From Candidatus Heimdallarchaeota archaeon (GTDB taxonomy: Archaea > Asgardarchaeota > Heimdallarchaeia > Heimdallarchaeales > Heimdallarchaeaceae), in the NCBI GenBank assembly GCA_030603365.1, contig JAUVXV010000012.1:32001-96000 (forward strand): a DNA stretch of 64,000 bases, in the 5' to 3' direction. The translations under genes were made by a program, and so were the position numbers. This document shows positions 30,754 through 40,960 of this stretch, piece by piece. The notes under the pieces are model-generated. The model saw only the letters and a program-made list of their open reading frames with translations, was not told where the DNA came from and did no database searches. How positions within the stretch are numbered: the first letter of the stretch is position 1; each line of letters opens with the position of its first letter.

Positions 30754-31422
30754 ATGAGTAATCTAGGCAACGAAGAATCACTTTTTGCTGATGAAGAAGA
30801 TGAACCTTTGTGGAAACAGATAACAGAGAAAATTAAACCTTTTCTTACTCAAGAAGATATTGTTAACATGGATTTGGATAGTTTTTCTGCTCTAGTTAAA
30901 AGATTACATGGAATCAAAGAGCTTACAGAGCATGAGATGTCCTATGCAAAAAAGAATAGAGATTTGATTTTGATTAGAATGGGTCTTTTCCATAATATTC
31001 CAGATCTAACTGAAGATGATTTAGAGGTAGCGCTGAAGCAAATATCTGTCAGATTAGCAACCTACTATTATAGTAATAATGTAGCTAACTCGTTAGAAGA
31101 AGCTCAAAATATTGTTTTAGAAGTTATGCGACAAGGTTTTACAACCAGTGTAACCGTCAGCTTAAATCCTGAAGAAGAGATAATTAAACTTAGAGAGAAA
31201 CTAAGTATCATTTCAAGGGTTAATCTTGAAAATGCAAAAGACATTGCATCTTTACTAACCAAAACTAAGGATAAACTGATGAACATAGGAATATCAGGCT
31301 CTGTTTTTTATGAGATAGAAAAATTCTGTCAAATGCTTAAAAGGCAAAGAGAAGAAGATCTACCAACTAAAACTGAAATACTAGATGCCTCCTTTGAATG
31401 GCAAGTCAAAATTCAAAAGTGA
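30754..31422 (+). CDS. Hypothetical helical protein
   Basis: 222-aa ORF, divergent from gelsolin, plausible composition; no recognisable motif. Confidence 0.6.
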   Translation: MSNLGNEESLFADEEDEPLWKQITEKIKPFLTQEDIVNMDLDSFSALVKRLHGIKELTEHEMSYAKKNRDLILIRMGLFHNIPDLTEDDLEVALKQISVRLATYYYSNNVANSLEEAQNIVLEVMRQGFTTSVTVSLNPEEEIIKLREKLSIISRVNLENAKDIASLLTKTKDKLMNIGISGSVFYEIEKFCQMLKRQREEDLPTKTEILDASFEWQVKIQK

Positions 31423-32156
31423 GTGTAATGAAAGAAGATGCAGATATACCCAAAATACCTACAATAGAAAGTCAGGAAGATGAAATTGGTACTAATGACA
31501 AATCCGACCAAGAGACACCTGGACCTATGCACAATATATCTACAAAAATCAAAGAAACGGTAAATATAGATTTATTTCTACCTCAAATACACAAATGGAT
31601 TTCTGATAAAATCAAACCAGGACCAACACTAATAATTGGAGAAAAAATCGGTGAGTTTGCTGTAAATATTTCTGAAAAAGTCCCTAGTGTTATTGCAAGA
31701 GAAAGTACTTCTTCATATGTTAGTCCAAAAGCTGAAGTGAAAGACGAATCTGATTTAGGTAAAATAGATTTGAAACCTTTTGATTTAGAAAAATTATCAT
31801 CAATTCAAGATATTTTTATCAATATTATAGTAATTTTTACTTTACGTAAAATTGATAGAGAGCATCAACAACTTCTCTTGGCTCAATGTAAAAGAATGCT
31901 TGCTAGAGATGGGCAACTCATAGTTGTAGGAGAATTCTACCCTAAATCTGTGTTCCTCTTGCCTATTGCATTTACTAAAGAAAGTATCAGAATTTTCAAA
32001 AGTAAATTATTGAAGAAAAAGATCAATAAACCAATTACAAAGATAGATAAGCTAGCTAATGAACTTGAATTAAAATTCTATGATGTTAAATATGATGCTG
32101 GTGGAAGAATCAGAACATATGTTTTAACTAAGCGTTGGGGAGCTTTAGTCAGCTGA
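31398..32156 (+). CDS. Hypothetical protein, degenerate class I SAM-methyltransferase-like fold
   Basis: CKRMLARDGQLIVVGE resembles a late methyltransferase motif; glycine-rich motif I is degraded; start uncertain. Confidence 0.5.
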   Translation: MASQNSKVSVMKEDADIPKIPTIESQEDEIGTNDKSDQETPGPMHNISTKIKETVNIDLFLPQIHKWISDKIKPGPTLIIGEKIGEFAVNISEKVPSVIARESTSSYVSPKAEVKDESDLGKIDLKPFDLEKLSSIQDIFINIIVIFTLRKIDREHQQLLLAQCKRMLARDGQLIVVGEFYPKSVFLLPIAFTKESIRIFKSKLLKKKINKPITKIDKLANELELKFYDVKYDAGGRIRTYVLTKRWGALVS

Positions 32157-32507
32157 TTTTTGGCTTTTACCCCATTTTATTTCCTCATCTGTTAACGATC
32201 CAATGGGATATTTGGTATTGCTCTTCTGTAGTTTACTCAAAATTGCTTTCTCTAAATCTACTCCTAGTTCATGAGAAAGTAAAAGAAAGTATATAGCGAC
32301 GTCAGCAACTTCATCATTAATTTGAGAACGAATTTTGGATAGACCTTCTTTAATTTCTTCGTCTTTCTGCCATTGTATTAATTCAAACAATTCTCCAATT
32401 TCAATTATTAGAGATAGTGAAAGGTTTTTTGGAGTATGATATTTCTCCCAATCCCTTGCATTTCTAAAATCTAAAATACGATCAGTTAACTCTTTTAAGG
32501 AACTCAC
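32145..32507 (-). CDS. MazG-like nucleotide pyrophosphohydrolase
   Basis: RDWEKYHTPKNL, EIGELFE, DEVADV, KYP. Confidence 0.92.
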   Translation of the reverse strand: MSSLKELTDRILDFRNARDWEKYHTPKNLSLSLIIEIGELFELIQWQKDEEIKEGLSKIRSQINDEVADVAIYFLLLSHELGVDLEKAILSKLQKSNTKYPIGSLTDEEIKWGKSQKSAD

Positions 32508-32549
32508 AAAAACTGAAAAGAAGAGTAATAATTAACTCTTTCTCTTAAA

Positions 32550-33629
32550 TCAACCAACTTTAACAGTCCAGTTGAATCTATCTGGTATTTTGCCTGTTTG
32601 AATTCCTATTAATTCATCGTAGAGGTGTTTTGTAATAGGACCTACTTCTCCTCCATTGATAGTATAGTTTTCTTGTTTGAAGAAAATTTCTCCAATTGGA
32701 GTGATTGATGCAGCTGTTCCAACAAAGAAAGCCTCAGTACATTGATTGTTCTTAATCTGTTCAGCTAAAACATTAATATCTAGCATTTCTTCATGAGTTG
32801 TATAACCTAAATTCTCAGCAAGTTCTAGTACAGATTTTCTTGTTATCCCTGGTAGAATAGTACCTATTAGAGGAGGAGTATAAAGTTCATCATCGACAAC
32901 GAATATGATATTCATCGCACTCCCCTCATCAATATATTTTCTCTCCAATGAATCTAACCAAATAACCTGAGGATAACCAAGGTCCTTGGCTTTTTGTGTT
33001 TCATAGAGAGTTCCAGCATAGTTACCTCCAGTCTTTGCTTCTCCTGTACCTCCTGGAGTAGCTCTTACATTTTCAGTTGCTACATAAGCTTTCGTTGGTT
33101 TAAACCCATCTTTGAAGAAATACCCAACAGGTGATAATATCACAAAGAAATAGTATTCGTTACTTGGTCTTAAACCGAGATAAGTCTCAGAAGCGATCAT
33201 TGTCGGTCTAATATAGAGAGATGTTCCAGGAGATTTAGGAACCCATTCCTTATCTACTCGAACCACTTCTATAATAGCTTTTACAAAAAGATCTTTGTTC
33301 AGTTTCGGCATACACATTCTTTCAGCTGAAAGATTCATTCTTTCTGCATTTTCATAAGGTCTGAATAAATTAATAGTATCGTCAGGATGACGAAAAGCTT
33401 TCATTCCTTCAAATATCTCTTGGCTATAGTGAAGGACTGCACAAGCTGGATCCATTTCAAACGGTTGGTAAGGAATAATTCTTGGATTCTGCCATTTAGA
33501 ATCATTGTAGTGCATAAAGAACATGTGATTAGTAAAAGTTTTACCGAAAACAAGCTCAGAGTCTTCAGGAATTGGTTTTTTTTGCTCATCTTTGCATAAA
33601 AGTATAGGAATGTCCATGAATTCACTCAT
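32550..33629 (-). CDS. ilvE: Branched-chain amino acid aminotransferase
   Basis: LHYSQEIFEGMKA, LYIRP, KTGGNYA, ILPGITR, GTAA. Confidence 0.95.
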   Translation of the reverse strand: MSEFMDIPILLCKDEQKKPIPEDSELVFGKTFTNHMFFMHYNDSKWQNPRIIPYQPFEMDPACAVLHYSQEIFEGMKAFRHPDDTINLFRPYENAERMNLSAERMCMPKLNKDLFVKAIIEVVRVDKEWVPKSPGTSLYIRPTMIASETYLGLRPSNEYYFFVILSPVGYFFKDGFKPTKAYVATENVRATPGGTGEAKTGGNYAGTLYETQKAKDLGYPQVIWLDSLERKYIDEGSAMNIIFVVDDELYTPPLIGTILPGITRKSVLELAENLGYTTHEEMLDINVLAEQIKNNQCTEAFFVGTAASITPIGEIFFKQENYTINGGEVGPITKHLYDELIGIQTGKIPDRFNWTVKVG

Positions 33630-33704
33630 TGGCGAATGAAAAGAAAAATCATTTAAAAAAGTTTGTCTGTCTATAGGCTTCAGTTACCAAAATAAGCAAA
33701 ATTG

Positions 33705-34721
33705 TTATTTTAGTTTTCTAATTTCAAGAAGATCAGAGAAATGTTGTCTTACAGCTTTTCTTGATGGCCAAAGTCTTAATGTTCTTGATATGTAATATCT
33801 TCCACCTTTCAAGTAAATTACATCAGGTTTCAGCAATGGACTCCATAAATGAGCTATTTGAATTGAAACTGCTGCTCTTAATGATTTCTTAAAATCTGCA
33901 AGTTTGATATTAATCTTATTCTTCTTCATTTCATCTATATAGATTTTCAACAATTCATTAAAGGTAAAAGGAAGTTCGTTCAATTTGACTCTAAATCCTT
34001 CAACATGGAAAGGTAATAGGTCATAGAAATGGAGAAAATCCCAAGCAGGAGGGGCAATTACGCATTCTTGCCAATCTAGAAGATATATTTTAGATGAGGT
34101 TTGTAGGAAGTTATAAGTCCATGTTCCTCCATGGATTAAGGTTTGACCTGATGAAAGGAATTTTTTAATAAAATCTTTTGAGTTCAAGTCTTTTTTCACA
34201 ATTTCTAAATCTGTTTTTGTTAGAGGAGTTTTACCTTCGTAATGCTCAGCTATTTTCAAAGCTTTATTAATATTTGATATAAGATTTGACTTTATAGTTT
34301 TCCATTCAATTTCATTCACTACTGGAATATTATCAAACTCTTTACTGTCAGTTTTATTATAAAATTTGGAGTGTAGTTTAGCTATCTCTCTTAAGGCAGC
34401 TTCTATGTTCTCCTTTGTCCAGTCTTTGGGATGAATGCTTTTAGGGATTTTTTCCAATAAAATCCAAGGAACATCAGAGGATTTAGAAATTGCGATTATT
34501 TTTGGTGTGGGAATTTTATGTTTTGTAGCGATTTTTGAATATACCAACCATTCTACTTTTGTTGTATTTTGTTTCAGAATACCTATCTTTGATTTTCCCC
34601 AAGAAATCTCTGAAACTTTTGCTGTGGATGTACCAACTAAATCTTTTCTAAATTTGATTTCTTTTGAATCGATCTTGAGTTTTTTGGCAACTTCATCTAG
34701 AATAGATAGACTGTTCAACAA
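33705..34721 (-). CDS. Aminoglycoside phosphotransferase / choline kinase-like protein lacking the catalytic Asp
   Basis: WILLEKI, IAKLH, LIHGGTWTYNFL, LLDWQ, WDF. Confidence 0.75.
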   Translation of the reverse strand: MLNSLSILDEVAKKLKIDSKEIKFRKDLVGTSTAKVSEISWGKSKIGILKQNTTKVEWLVYSKIATKHKIPTPKIIAISKSSDVPWILLEKIPKSIHPKDWTKENIEAALREIAKLHSKFYNKTDSKEFDNIPVVNEIEWKTIKSNLISNINKALKIAEHYEGKTPLTKTDLEIVKKDLNSKDFIKKFLSSGQTLIHGGTWTYNFLQTSSKIYLLDWQECVIAPPAWDFLHFYDLLPFHVEGFRVKLNELPFTFNELLKIYIDEMKKNKINIKLADFKKSLRAAVSIQIAHLWSPLLKPDVIYLKGGRYYISRTLRLWPSRKAVRQHFSDLLEIRKLK

Positions 34722-34857
34722 ATCACCGGTATTTCTTGATTTCCTTTCATCTTCTTAACTATTTCTACAAAAATTCAATTCACTATAAAAGGAGAGAATG
34801 ATTCATTGCAAAAAAGAGTTTATAAGTAAGTTAATTTTACTTTAAAGGGCGATATTT

Positions 34858-35784
34858 ATGAGTAAACATGTTGTTTCTGTTTCTTTAGGTTCTTCAATTA
34901 GAGATTATAAACATGAATATACTTTAGCAAATGAAACTATCATAGTTGAGCGAATTGGTACTAATGGAGATATGAAGAAGTACAAAGAATTGATTGAGAG
35001 CTTAGACGGTAAGGTTGATGTTTTTGGAGTTGGAGGGGCAGACATGTATCTTCGTAGAGAGGACAAAAGATACAAGATAAGAGACGTTTGGAAAAAACTA
35101 ATCAAGAATGTTAAAGAAACTCCTATAGTAGATGGAGGAGGCATAAAAAGCACCTTAGAAGCCAATATAATGCAATATATTGAGACTAAATTACCAGAGG
35201 AAGCTGAAGAAGACAGAACATCACTGATAATGTGTGCTGTTGATAGATGGCATCAAGCAGAAAGTGTATGGGAGTTTGTTGGACAAAATAGAAAAATGGT
35301 TACATTTGGTGATTTATTATGGGGTTTCAAACTGGGTATACCCCTTCACAGAATGGCAACTGTAAAAGTTGTAGCAAGAATTTTACTACCTCCTGTTAGC
35401 AAATTGCCTTTCAGTTGGCTCTATCCAACGGGTGAAAAACAAGAAGTTCACAGTCCTTCATTTATTAAACATTTCATAAAAGCAAAGTGGATAGTTGGAG
35501 ATTTTCTGTTTATTAAACGAAATATGCCTTTAGATGAGATGAAAGGAAAAATAGTAGTTACTAATACTACAACTGCAGAAGATGTGAAACAATTAAAAGA
35601 AATAGGAATAAAATACATTATTACTTCCACACCCAGAGTAGGAGGAAGATCTTTTGGAACAAATGTATTGGAAGCTGCCATTGTTGCTTTGAGTGGAGAA
35701 AAGAGAGAGCTAACAAGAGCTGAATATGAAGAATTCTTGAAAAAACTAAAAATTGAACCCGTAATTGAGAAATTACAAGAGTAG
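34858..35784 (+). CDS. Conserved protein of unknown function (family I recall being auto-annotated 'quinate 5-dehydrogenase')
   Basis: VVSVSLGSS.RD, ERIGTNGD, GVGG, DGGGIKSTLE, TNTTT, GRSFGTNVLEA. Confidence 0.7.
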   Translation: MSKHVVSVSLGSSIRDYKHEYTLANETIIVERIGTNGDMKKYKELIESLDGKVDVFGVGGADMYLRREDKRYKIRDVWKKLIKNVKETPIVDGGGIKSTLEANIMQYIETKLPEEAEEDRTSLIMCAVDRWHQAESVWEFVGQNRKMVTFGDLLWGFKLGIPLHRMATVKVVARILLPPVSKLPFSWLYPTGEKQEVHSPSFIKHFIKAKWIVGDFLFIKRNMPLDEMKGKIVVTNTTTAEDVKQLKEIGIKYIITSTPRVGGRSFGTNVLEAAIVALSGEKRELTRAEYEEFLKKLKIEPVIEKLQE

Positions 35785-35791
35785 AAAATAA

Positions 35792-36604
35792 ATGGAAAAA
35801 CACAATGCGATAATATTTGCAGGAAGTTCAGAGAGGGATGCTGTATTATGTGAACAAGAGAATGTTCCTAAAAAAGGTTTCATCAAATTAGGGGACAAGA
35901 TATTTCTAGAACGAATAGTTAATGAATTTGTAAAGTGTGAAGAAGTTGGAGATATCTATATTAGTGGTATGGCTAAAGAAGAATGGGATACAGATTTACC
36001 AGTCATTTTCAATGAAGATCTTAGCAGTCTTTTTGATAAAACAATAAATATCTATTACAAATTTATTGTAAAGAAAAAAAATTACTCTAATATTATTATC
36101 TTGTTTACTAGTGATGGTCCTTTAATCAAAGCTGAAATGATTTCCAATCAGATAAGAAGATGCAAAGAAGCTTCAGGGGGAGAATTAGATGGGATTTTTT
36201 ATTATGGGTTTGTTAAGAAGGAAACTATGGAAGCTAAATTCCCAGACTCAAGAAGAACTTATGCCACTTTCAAGAAACTTCAAGTTTGTGGTGGAGATTT
36301 AACTATTGCTAATATCGAAAAAATGCTAAATCATAAGAAAGTTATTGATGATTTGTTTGAACACAGAAAAAATGTTATGGCTCAAATGTTAGTTCTAAAT
36401 CCTTTCTTAGTTATTCAGTTTATGCTCAAACGACTTCCCCTTGCGAAATTTGTGAAATCAGTTAATCGCAGGATTTTCAAGGTTGAAAAAGGAGTTTATG
36501 GCGTCTTAGGGGATGATGCGGAATTAGCCATGGATGCTGATAAACCCCACCAATTGGAAGAGATTAGAAGATATTACAATGAAAACAAAGACATCTATGA
36601 TTAA
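35792..36604 (+). CDS. MobA-like NTP transferase (GT-A fold)
   Basis: AIIFAG..KGFIKL, TSDGPLI, FPDSRRTY, MDADKP; paralog of 62987-63796. Confidence 0.8.
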   Translation: MEKHNAIIFAGSSERDAVLCEQENVPKKGFIKLGDKIFLERIVNEFVKCEEVGDIYISGMAKEEWDTDLPVIFNEDLSSLFDKTINIYYKFIVKKKNYSNIIILFTSDGPLIKAEMISNQIRRCKEASGGELDGIFYYGFVKKETMEAKFPDSRRTYATFKKLQVCGGDLTIANIEKMLNHKKVIDDLFEHRKNVMAQMLVLNPFLVIQFMLKRLPLAKFVKSVNRRIFKVEKGVYGVLGDDAELAMDADKPHQLEEIRRYYNENKDIYD

Positions 36605-36667
36605 GAAAAAGATTTTCTGTATGCAATAAGAAGCAGTCTTATTAATAAGAAAAATGTGAGAGTTCTA

Positions 36668-37237
36668 ATGGCTGATTTATTTCGTAAAATTGATGAATGG
36701 GATAAGAAATTTTCCAAGAGAATGGGGGAGACCTCTCAAGGAATGCTCAAATTTGCTAGTTTCTTAGCCCTTTCAGGTAATGCTCAGCCATGGATGATTG
36801 TTTCCTTTCTTTTCTTTGTTTTTGATATCTTTTTCAAACATAGATCTGACAATCTAGTTCAGCTTATTATCGCTGGAATAGGTGGTCTAACATCAGCCAT
36901 AATCAAACACATCACAAAAAGAAAAAGACCGAACGAAGAAGTAGCTCTAAAATATATCGCAACAGGAGACCACTGGAGTTTTCCAAGTGGTCATGCTACA
37001 AGGATGGGATGCTTAGCAATGTTTATGACACTCTATTATCCTACTTTTGGATGGATAATAATTATTTGGGCAATAGGCGTCAATTATGGTAGAATAGCCT
37101 TGCAAATACATTACTTCCTAGATATAATAGGGGGGACAATACTAGGAGCAGGTTTTGGAGTCGTAGCTTACTTCATAATGGATTATCTTGATGTAATTTT
37201 AGATCCAATATCAAACTGGTTTCCAACTATTTGGTAG
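36668..37237 (+). CDS. PAP2-family membrane phosphatase
   Basis: KHITKRKRP, SFPSGH, GRIALQIHYFLD. Confidence 0.92.
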   Translation: MADLFRKIDEWDKKFSKRMGETSQGMLKFASFLALSGNAQPWMIVSFLFFVFDIFFKHRSDNLVQLIIAGIGGLTSAIIKHITKRKRPNEEVALKYIATGDHWSFPSGHATRMGCLAMFMTLYYPTFGWIIIIWAIGVNYGRIALQIHYFLDIIGGTILGAGFGVVAYFIMDYLDVILDPISNWFPTIW

Positions 37238-37292
37238 ATAGAACCTTTATAAGTGTGAGTTGTATTAGTTTTATGCTTAAATACTGAAGAGA

Positions 37293-38573
37293 GTGATTAG
37301 GATATCATTTATTAAAAATAATCTGATGAATATATTTGCTACTACACTCGTAATTAGTATAATGATTTTTGGAGTAGTTTGGATAATTGTTGGACCAGAA
37401 ATGGAGACAGAACCACCAATAATAGTGGATATACCAGAGAAATATACTCCTCATGAACCTATTATCATTAAAAACGACCAGAACTTCACAGATTACTGTT
37501 TTCCTGGTAATGGAACTGAAGTTGATCCCTTCTTAATTGAAGGCTATCACATTAACAGCAGCGTTGATGCCATACAAATAACCCAAACGACAAAACACTT
37601 TGTGATTCGTAATTGCAAACTTGAAGCTGAGAGGAGAGGAATTTACATAACATTCGTGGCTCAAAAAACCGTTAAGATAGAAAACAATATCGTAGCAAGT
37701 TATATTCTTATTGGGAATAGTCATTTTGTAGAAATTCAAGACAACTCGCTTATTAAAGGTGAATCTAGTGGAATGGGTTTAATAGGTTCAGATCACTCAA
37801 TTATAAGGAATAACTCAATACTCGGTGAAGGTTTTTTTGCGATGAGTGTGTATGGAGATTATTGTTTGATAGAAAATAATAGCGTCTATTCAAGCAAAAT
37901 TATTTATCTTAATGTAGGTATAGCTTTTCAAGGAACTGGAACAATAATCAGAAATAACACAATAGAGAATCAATATTGGGGATTATACCTCACTGGTGGT
38001 AACTCTAATTTAATTACCAATAATAGCATTAAGGGATGTCTTGAAGGAGTTTATGCTCAGACTATATTTCTTACTAATATAACAAATAATTTCTTATTTA
38101 ATAACACGTTAAAAGGTATACATTTCTCTAAATGTGGATCTAATGATATCTACTTTAACCATTTTGAAAAGAATAATCTCAGTGTAGAGATTTATGAGAG
38201 CTATTTCAATGATATAGCAAACAATACTTTCCTGTTGAATTATATAGGTGTAGAGATTCGAGTAGGCTTTCCAGGAACTATTTCTTATGTCCCTTCTTCC
38301 AACAATACTGTAAAATATAATCTATTTGCTCATAATACGCTCTATGGGGTTAAAAATTCAATTTATTCTAGGTACTCAAAAATCTACCTAAACTCTTTCT
38401 ATTCAAACAACATTTTTGGTACCTCACAAGCATATGATAATGGTTTCTTTGGTGAATGGTATTATTTTGGTACTCTAGGGAATTATTGGGATGATTGGAC
38501 GGTTGGAGAATATGTCATAGATGGAAATAGCAATTCGACAGATGCTTATCCATTATCAGAACCCCCAGTTTAA
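37293..38573 (+). CDS. Membrane-anchored parallel beta-helix (NosD/CASH) protein
   Basis: N-terminal TM; GNGTEVDPFLIEG; Asn-rich I..NN repeats; GNYWDDW..DAYPL. Confidence 0.85.
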   Translation: MIRISFIKNNLMNIFATTLVISIMIFGVVWIIVGPEMETEPPIIVDIPEKYTPHEPIIIKNDQNFTDYCFPGNGTEVDPFLIEGYHINSSVDAIQITQTTKHFVIRNCKLEAERRGIYITFVAQKTVKIENNIVASYILIGNSHFVEIQDNSLIKGESSGMGLIGSDHSIIRNNSILGEGFFAMSVYGDYCLIENNSVYSSKIIYLNVGIAFQGTGTIIRNNTIENQYWGLYLTGGNSNLITNNSIKGCLEGVYAQTIFLTNITNNFLFNNTLKGIHFSKCGSNDIYFNHFEKNNLSVEIYESYFNDIANNTFLLNYIGVEIRVGFPGTISYVPSSNNTVKYNLFAHNTLYGVKNSIYSRYSKIYLNSFYSNNIFGTSQAYDNGFFGEWYYFGTLGNYWDDWTVGEYVIDGNSNSTDAYPLSEPPV

Positions 38574-38641
38574 TTGAATTTCAGAAGAAAAAAATTAGGA
38601 TAATAGAAAAAGGTTAAATTAGAGTAATTTTCGTTTCCTTT

Positions 38642-39916
38642 ATGGAAGAAGAGATTAATATTGATCCATGGCGGATGGCCATAAAACAACTTGATAAAGT
38701 TGGTAAGATTCTTAATATTGATGAAAACATACTCAAACGCCTGAGATATCCTGTTAGGATTATTGAAACTAATTTTCCTGTAGTTATGGATGACGGGAGA
38801 GTTGAGATTTTTACTGGGTTCAGAGTTCATCATAATGAAAACCTTCCAAATAAGGGAGGAATTAGATACAGTCCTGATGTTACAAAAGAAGAAGTGATGG
38901 CCTTAGCTTTTTGGATGACTTTCAAATGTGCAATAGTCGGACTTCCCTATTCAGGTGCTAAAGGTGGAGTCATCTGTAATCCTCGAGAACTATCAGTAAA
39001 AGAATTAGAAAAGATTACACGAAGATACACTCATCAGATGATTAATGTTTTTAATCCTAGAAGTGACATTCCTGCTCCTGATATTAATACTTCAGCTAGA
39101 GAAATGGCTTGGATCTATGATACTTATAGTATGTGGGGAGGACATTCAGCTCTTGGTGTTGTTACTGGTAAACCTGTTGAATTAGGTGGTTCTCTGGGTA
39201 GAGCTTCAGCAACTGGACGAGGAGTTTTCTTTATTACTCGTCAAGCATTGCAAAAATTAGGAATTCCGATGGAAGGAGTAACAATAGCTGTTCAAGGTTT
39301 TGGAAATGTAGGTTCATGGTTTGCAAGAATTATCGCAGAACATGGAGCTAAAGTTGTTGCAGTTTCTGATTGGAAAGGTGGAATTTACAACGAGAATGGA
39401 TTTGATGTTGAGGATCTATACAAGTATGTTTTTGAAAATCCTGAGAATGAAAACAAGTCTGTTACGGGATATACAAAAATCACAAAGGAAATAACTAATG
39501 AAGAATTATTTGGACTAGAAGTTGATATTCTTGCTCCTTGTGCAATTGAAAGTGTAATTACTAAATATAACGCTGAGAATGTTAAAGCAAAGATCATTGC
39601 TGAAGGTGCAAATGGTCCCACTACTCCTGGTGCTGATGAGATTCTTATGAAAAATAACGTACTAGTTTTACCTGACATTCTCGCAAATGCAGGTGGAGTA
39701 ACTGTTAGTTACTTTGAATGGGTTCAAGGTAATGATGCTCTTTTCTGGACAGAAGAAGAGGTCAACTCTAAACTAGAAGAGATCATGACTCGAGCTTTCG
39801 ATAGTGTCTTTGAATATGCAGATGAATGTTGTACTCAAGATATGAGAACAGCTGCTTATGCTATTGCTTTGGAAAGATTAGTTAAGCAATACGAATTAAG
39901 AGGAATTTATCCTTAG
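38642..39916 (+). CDS. gdhA: Glutamate dehydrogenase
   Basis: KGGIRY, GAKGG, DIPAPD, ATGRG, QGFGNVG, EGANGP, VSYFEW. Confidence 0.96.
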   Translation: MEEEINIDPWRMAIKQLDKVGKILNIDENILKRLRYPVRIIETNFPVVMDDGRVEIFTGFRVHHNENLPNKGGIRYSPDVTKEEVMALAFWMTFKCAIVGLPYSGAKGGVICNPRELSVKELEKITRRYTHQMINVFNPRSDIPAPDINTSAREMAWIYDTYSMWGGHSALGVVTGKPVELGGSLGRASATGRGVFFITRQALQKLGIPMEGVTIAVQGFGNVGSWFARIIAEHGAKVVAVSDWKGGIYNENGFDVEDLYKYVFENPENENKSVTGYTKITKEITNEELFGLEVDILAPCAIESVITKYNAENVKAKIIAEGANGPTTPGADEILMKNNVLVLPDILANAGGVTVSYFEWVQGNDALFWTEEEVNSKLEEIMTRAFDSVFEYADECCTQDMRTAAYAIALERLVKQYELRGIYP

Positions 39917-39938
39917 ACAATTTACAAATTAAAAATAG

Positions 39939-39962
39939 AAGCAAGTTTTACTTGCTTTTTTC
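39939..39962 (+). terminator. Hairpin plus T-tract between convergent gdhA and ZIP genes
   Basis: aagcaagt-ttt-acttgctt followed by a T run. Confidence 0.6.
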
Positions 39963-39976
39963 ATCTTATTTTTTCC

Positions 39977-40810
39977 TCACGTTACTGGACTCGTAAATAG
40001 TGTTTCTAATAATGGTTCAATGAAGTTATCAAGGAACATCATTATTACAAAACCTGCAATTACACCATAGGTTACAAGTCTTGCATATTCTTTTCCATGC
40101 GTTTCTGGAATAATCTCATCTACTACAACGAAAATCATAGCTCCTGCTGCAAATGCCATTCCAAAACCAAGGAAGAATTGTGTAGTTGATACAGCAGCAA
40201 CACCAATAACTGCACCAAGTGGTTCTACAAGACCTGTTAGTGATGCAATCATGAAAGCTTTCTTTTTTGAATAACCTTCTCGGAGCAGAGGCATTGCAAC
40301 AGCTGTTCCCTCTGGAATATTTTGAAGACCTATAGCAATAGCTACAACGGTACCTCCAGAAACATCTCCATTCCCATAACTTACTCCAACCGCGAGTCCT
40401 TCGGGAAAGTTATGTATTGTAATTGCTATAATAAACAACCAAGTAGCTGCTAGTCTTTTGCTAACTTTTCCTTCTGGTCCTGCAATAAAGTGTTCATGGG
40501 GTGCCCACTTATCAATAATATCTATAAAAACCACACCTACTATTACTCCTAATGAAACTATCCATATATTATCTAAAATGAAAGGTTTTTCTCCTATTTC
40601 TATAGGATCAAGATTTAGAGCTGGGACAAGTAAACTGAAGGCAGAAGCTGCAAGCATTACTCCAGCTGCAAAACCTAACAGAAGGTCCAATGTTTTATTA
40701 CTTATATCTTTCTTAAAAAATACAGGAAGTGCACCTATAGCTGTGGATAATCCAGCCCCTAAAGAAGCTCCTGTTCCTATTAGTATTATTTGCCAGAGTT
40801 CAAATGCCAT
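39977..40810 (-). CDS. ZIP (ZupT/GufA) family metal transporter
   Basis: GFAAGVML, HNFPEGLAVG, QNIPEG, DEIIPE; ATG at 40810. Confidence 0.93.
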   Translation of the reverse strand: MAFELWQIILIGTGASLGAGLSTAIGALPVFFKKDISNKTLDLLLGFAAGVMLAASAFSLLVPALNLDPIEIGEKPFILDNIWIVSLGVIVGVVFIDIIDKWAPHEHFIAGPEGKVSKRLAATWLFIIAITIHNFPEGLAVGVSYGNGDVSGGTVVAIAIGLQNIPEGTAVAMPLLREGYSKKKAFMIASLTGLVEPLGAVIGVAAVSTTQFFLGFGMAFAAGAMIFVVVDEIIPETHGKEYARLVTYGVIAGFVIMMFLDNFIEPLLETLFTSPVT

Positions 40811-40960
40811 GGTAATATCTCTTGATTCAATAAATTTACTCAATTTAATAATCTTATGTAGAAACAAAATCACTAGAGTGTGCCTTTATACACATGAAAC
40901 TTTTATATCCTTAGGTTTTCATTTGATTAATTTTATAAGTGTTTTATGGTTACTAGTTAG

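Noticed and set aside
34858-35784. True quinate or shikimate dehydrogenase
   Set aside because: No shikimate-dehydrogenase motifs seen; the name is only a recalled automatic annotation.
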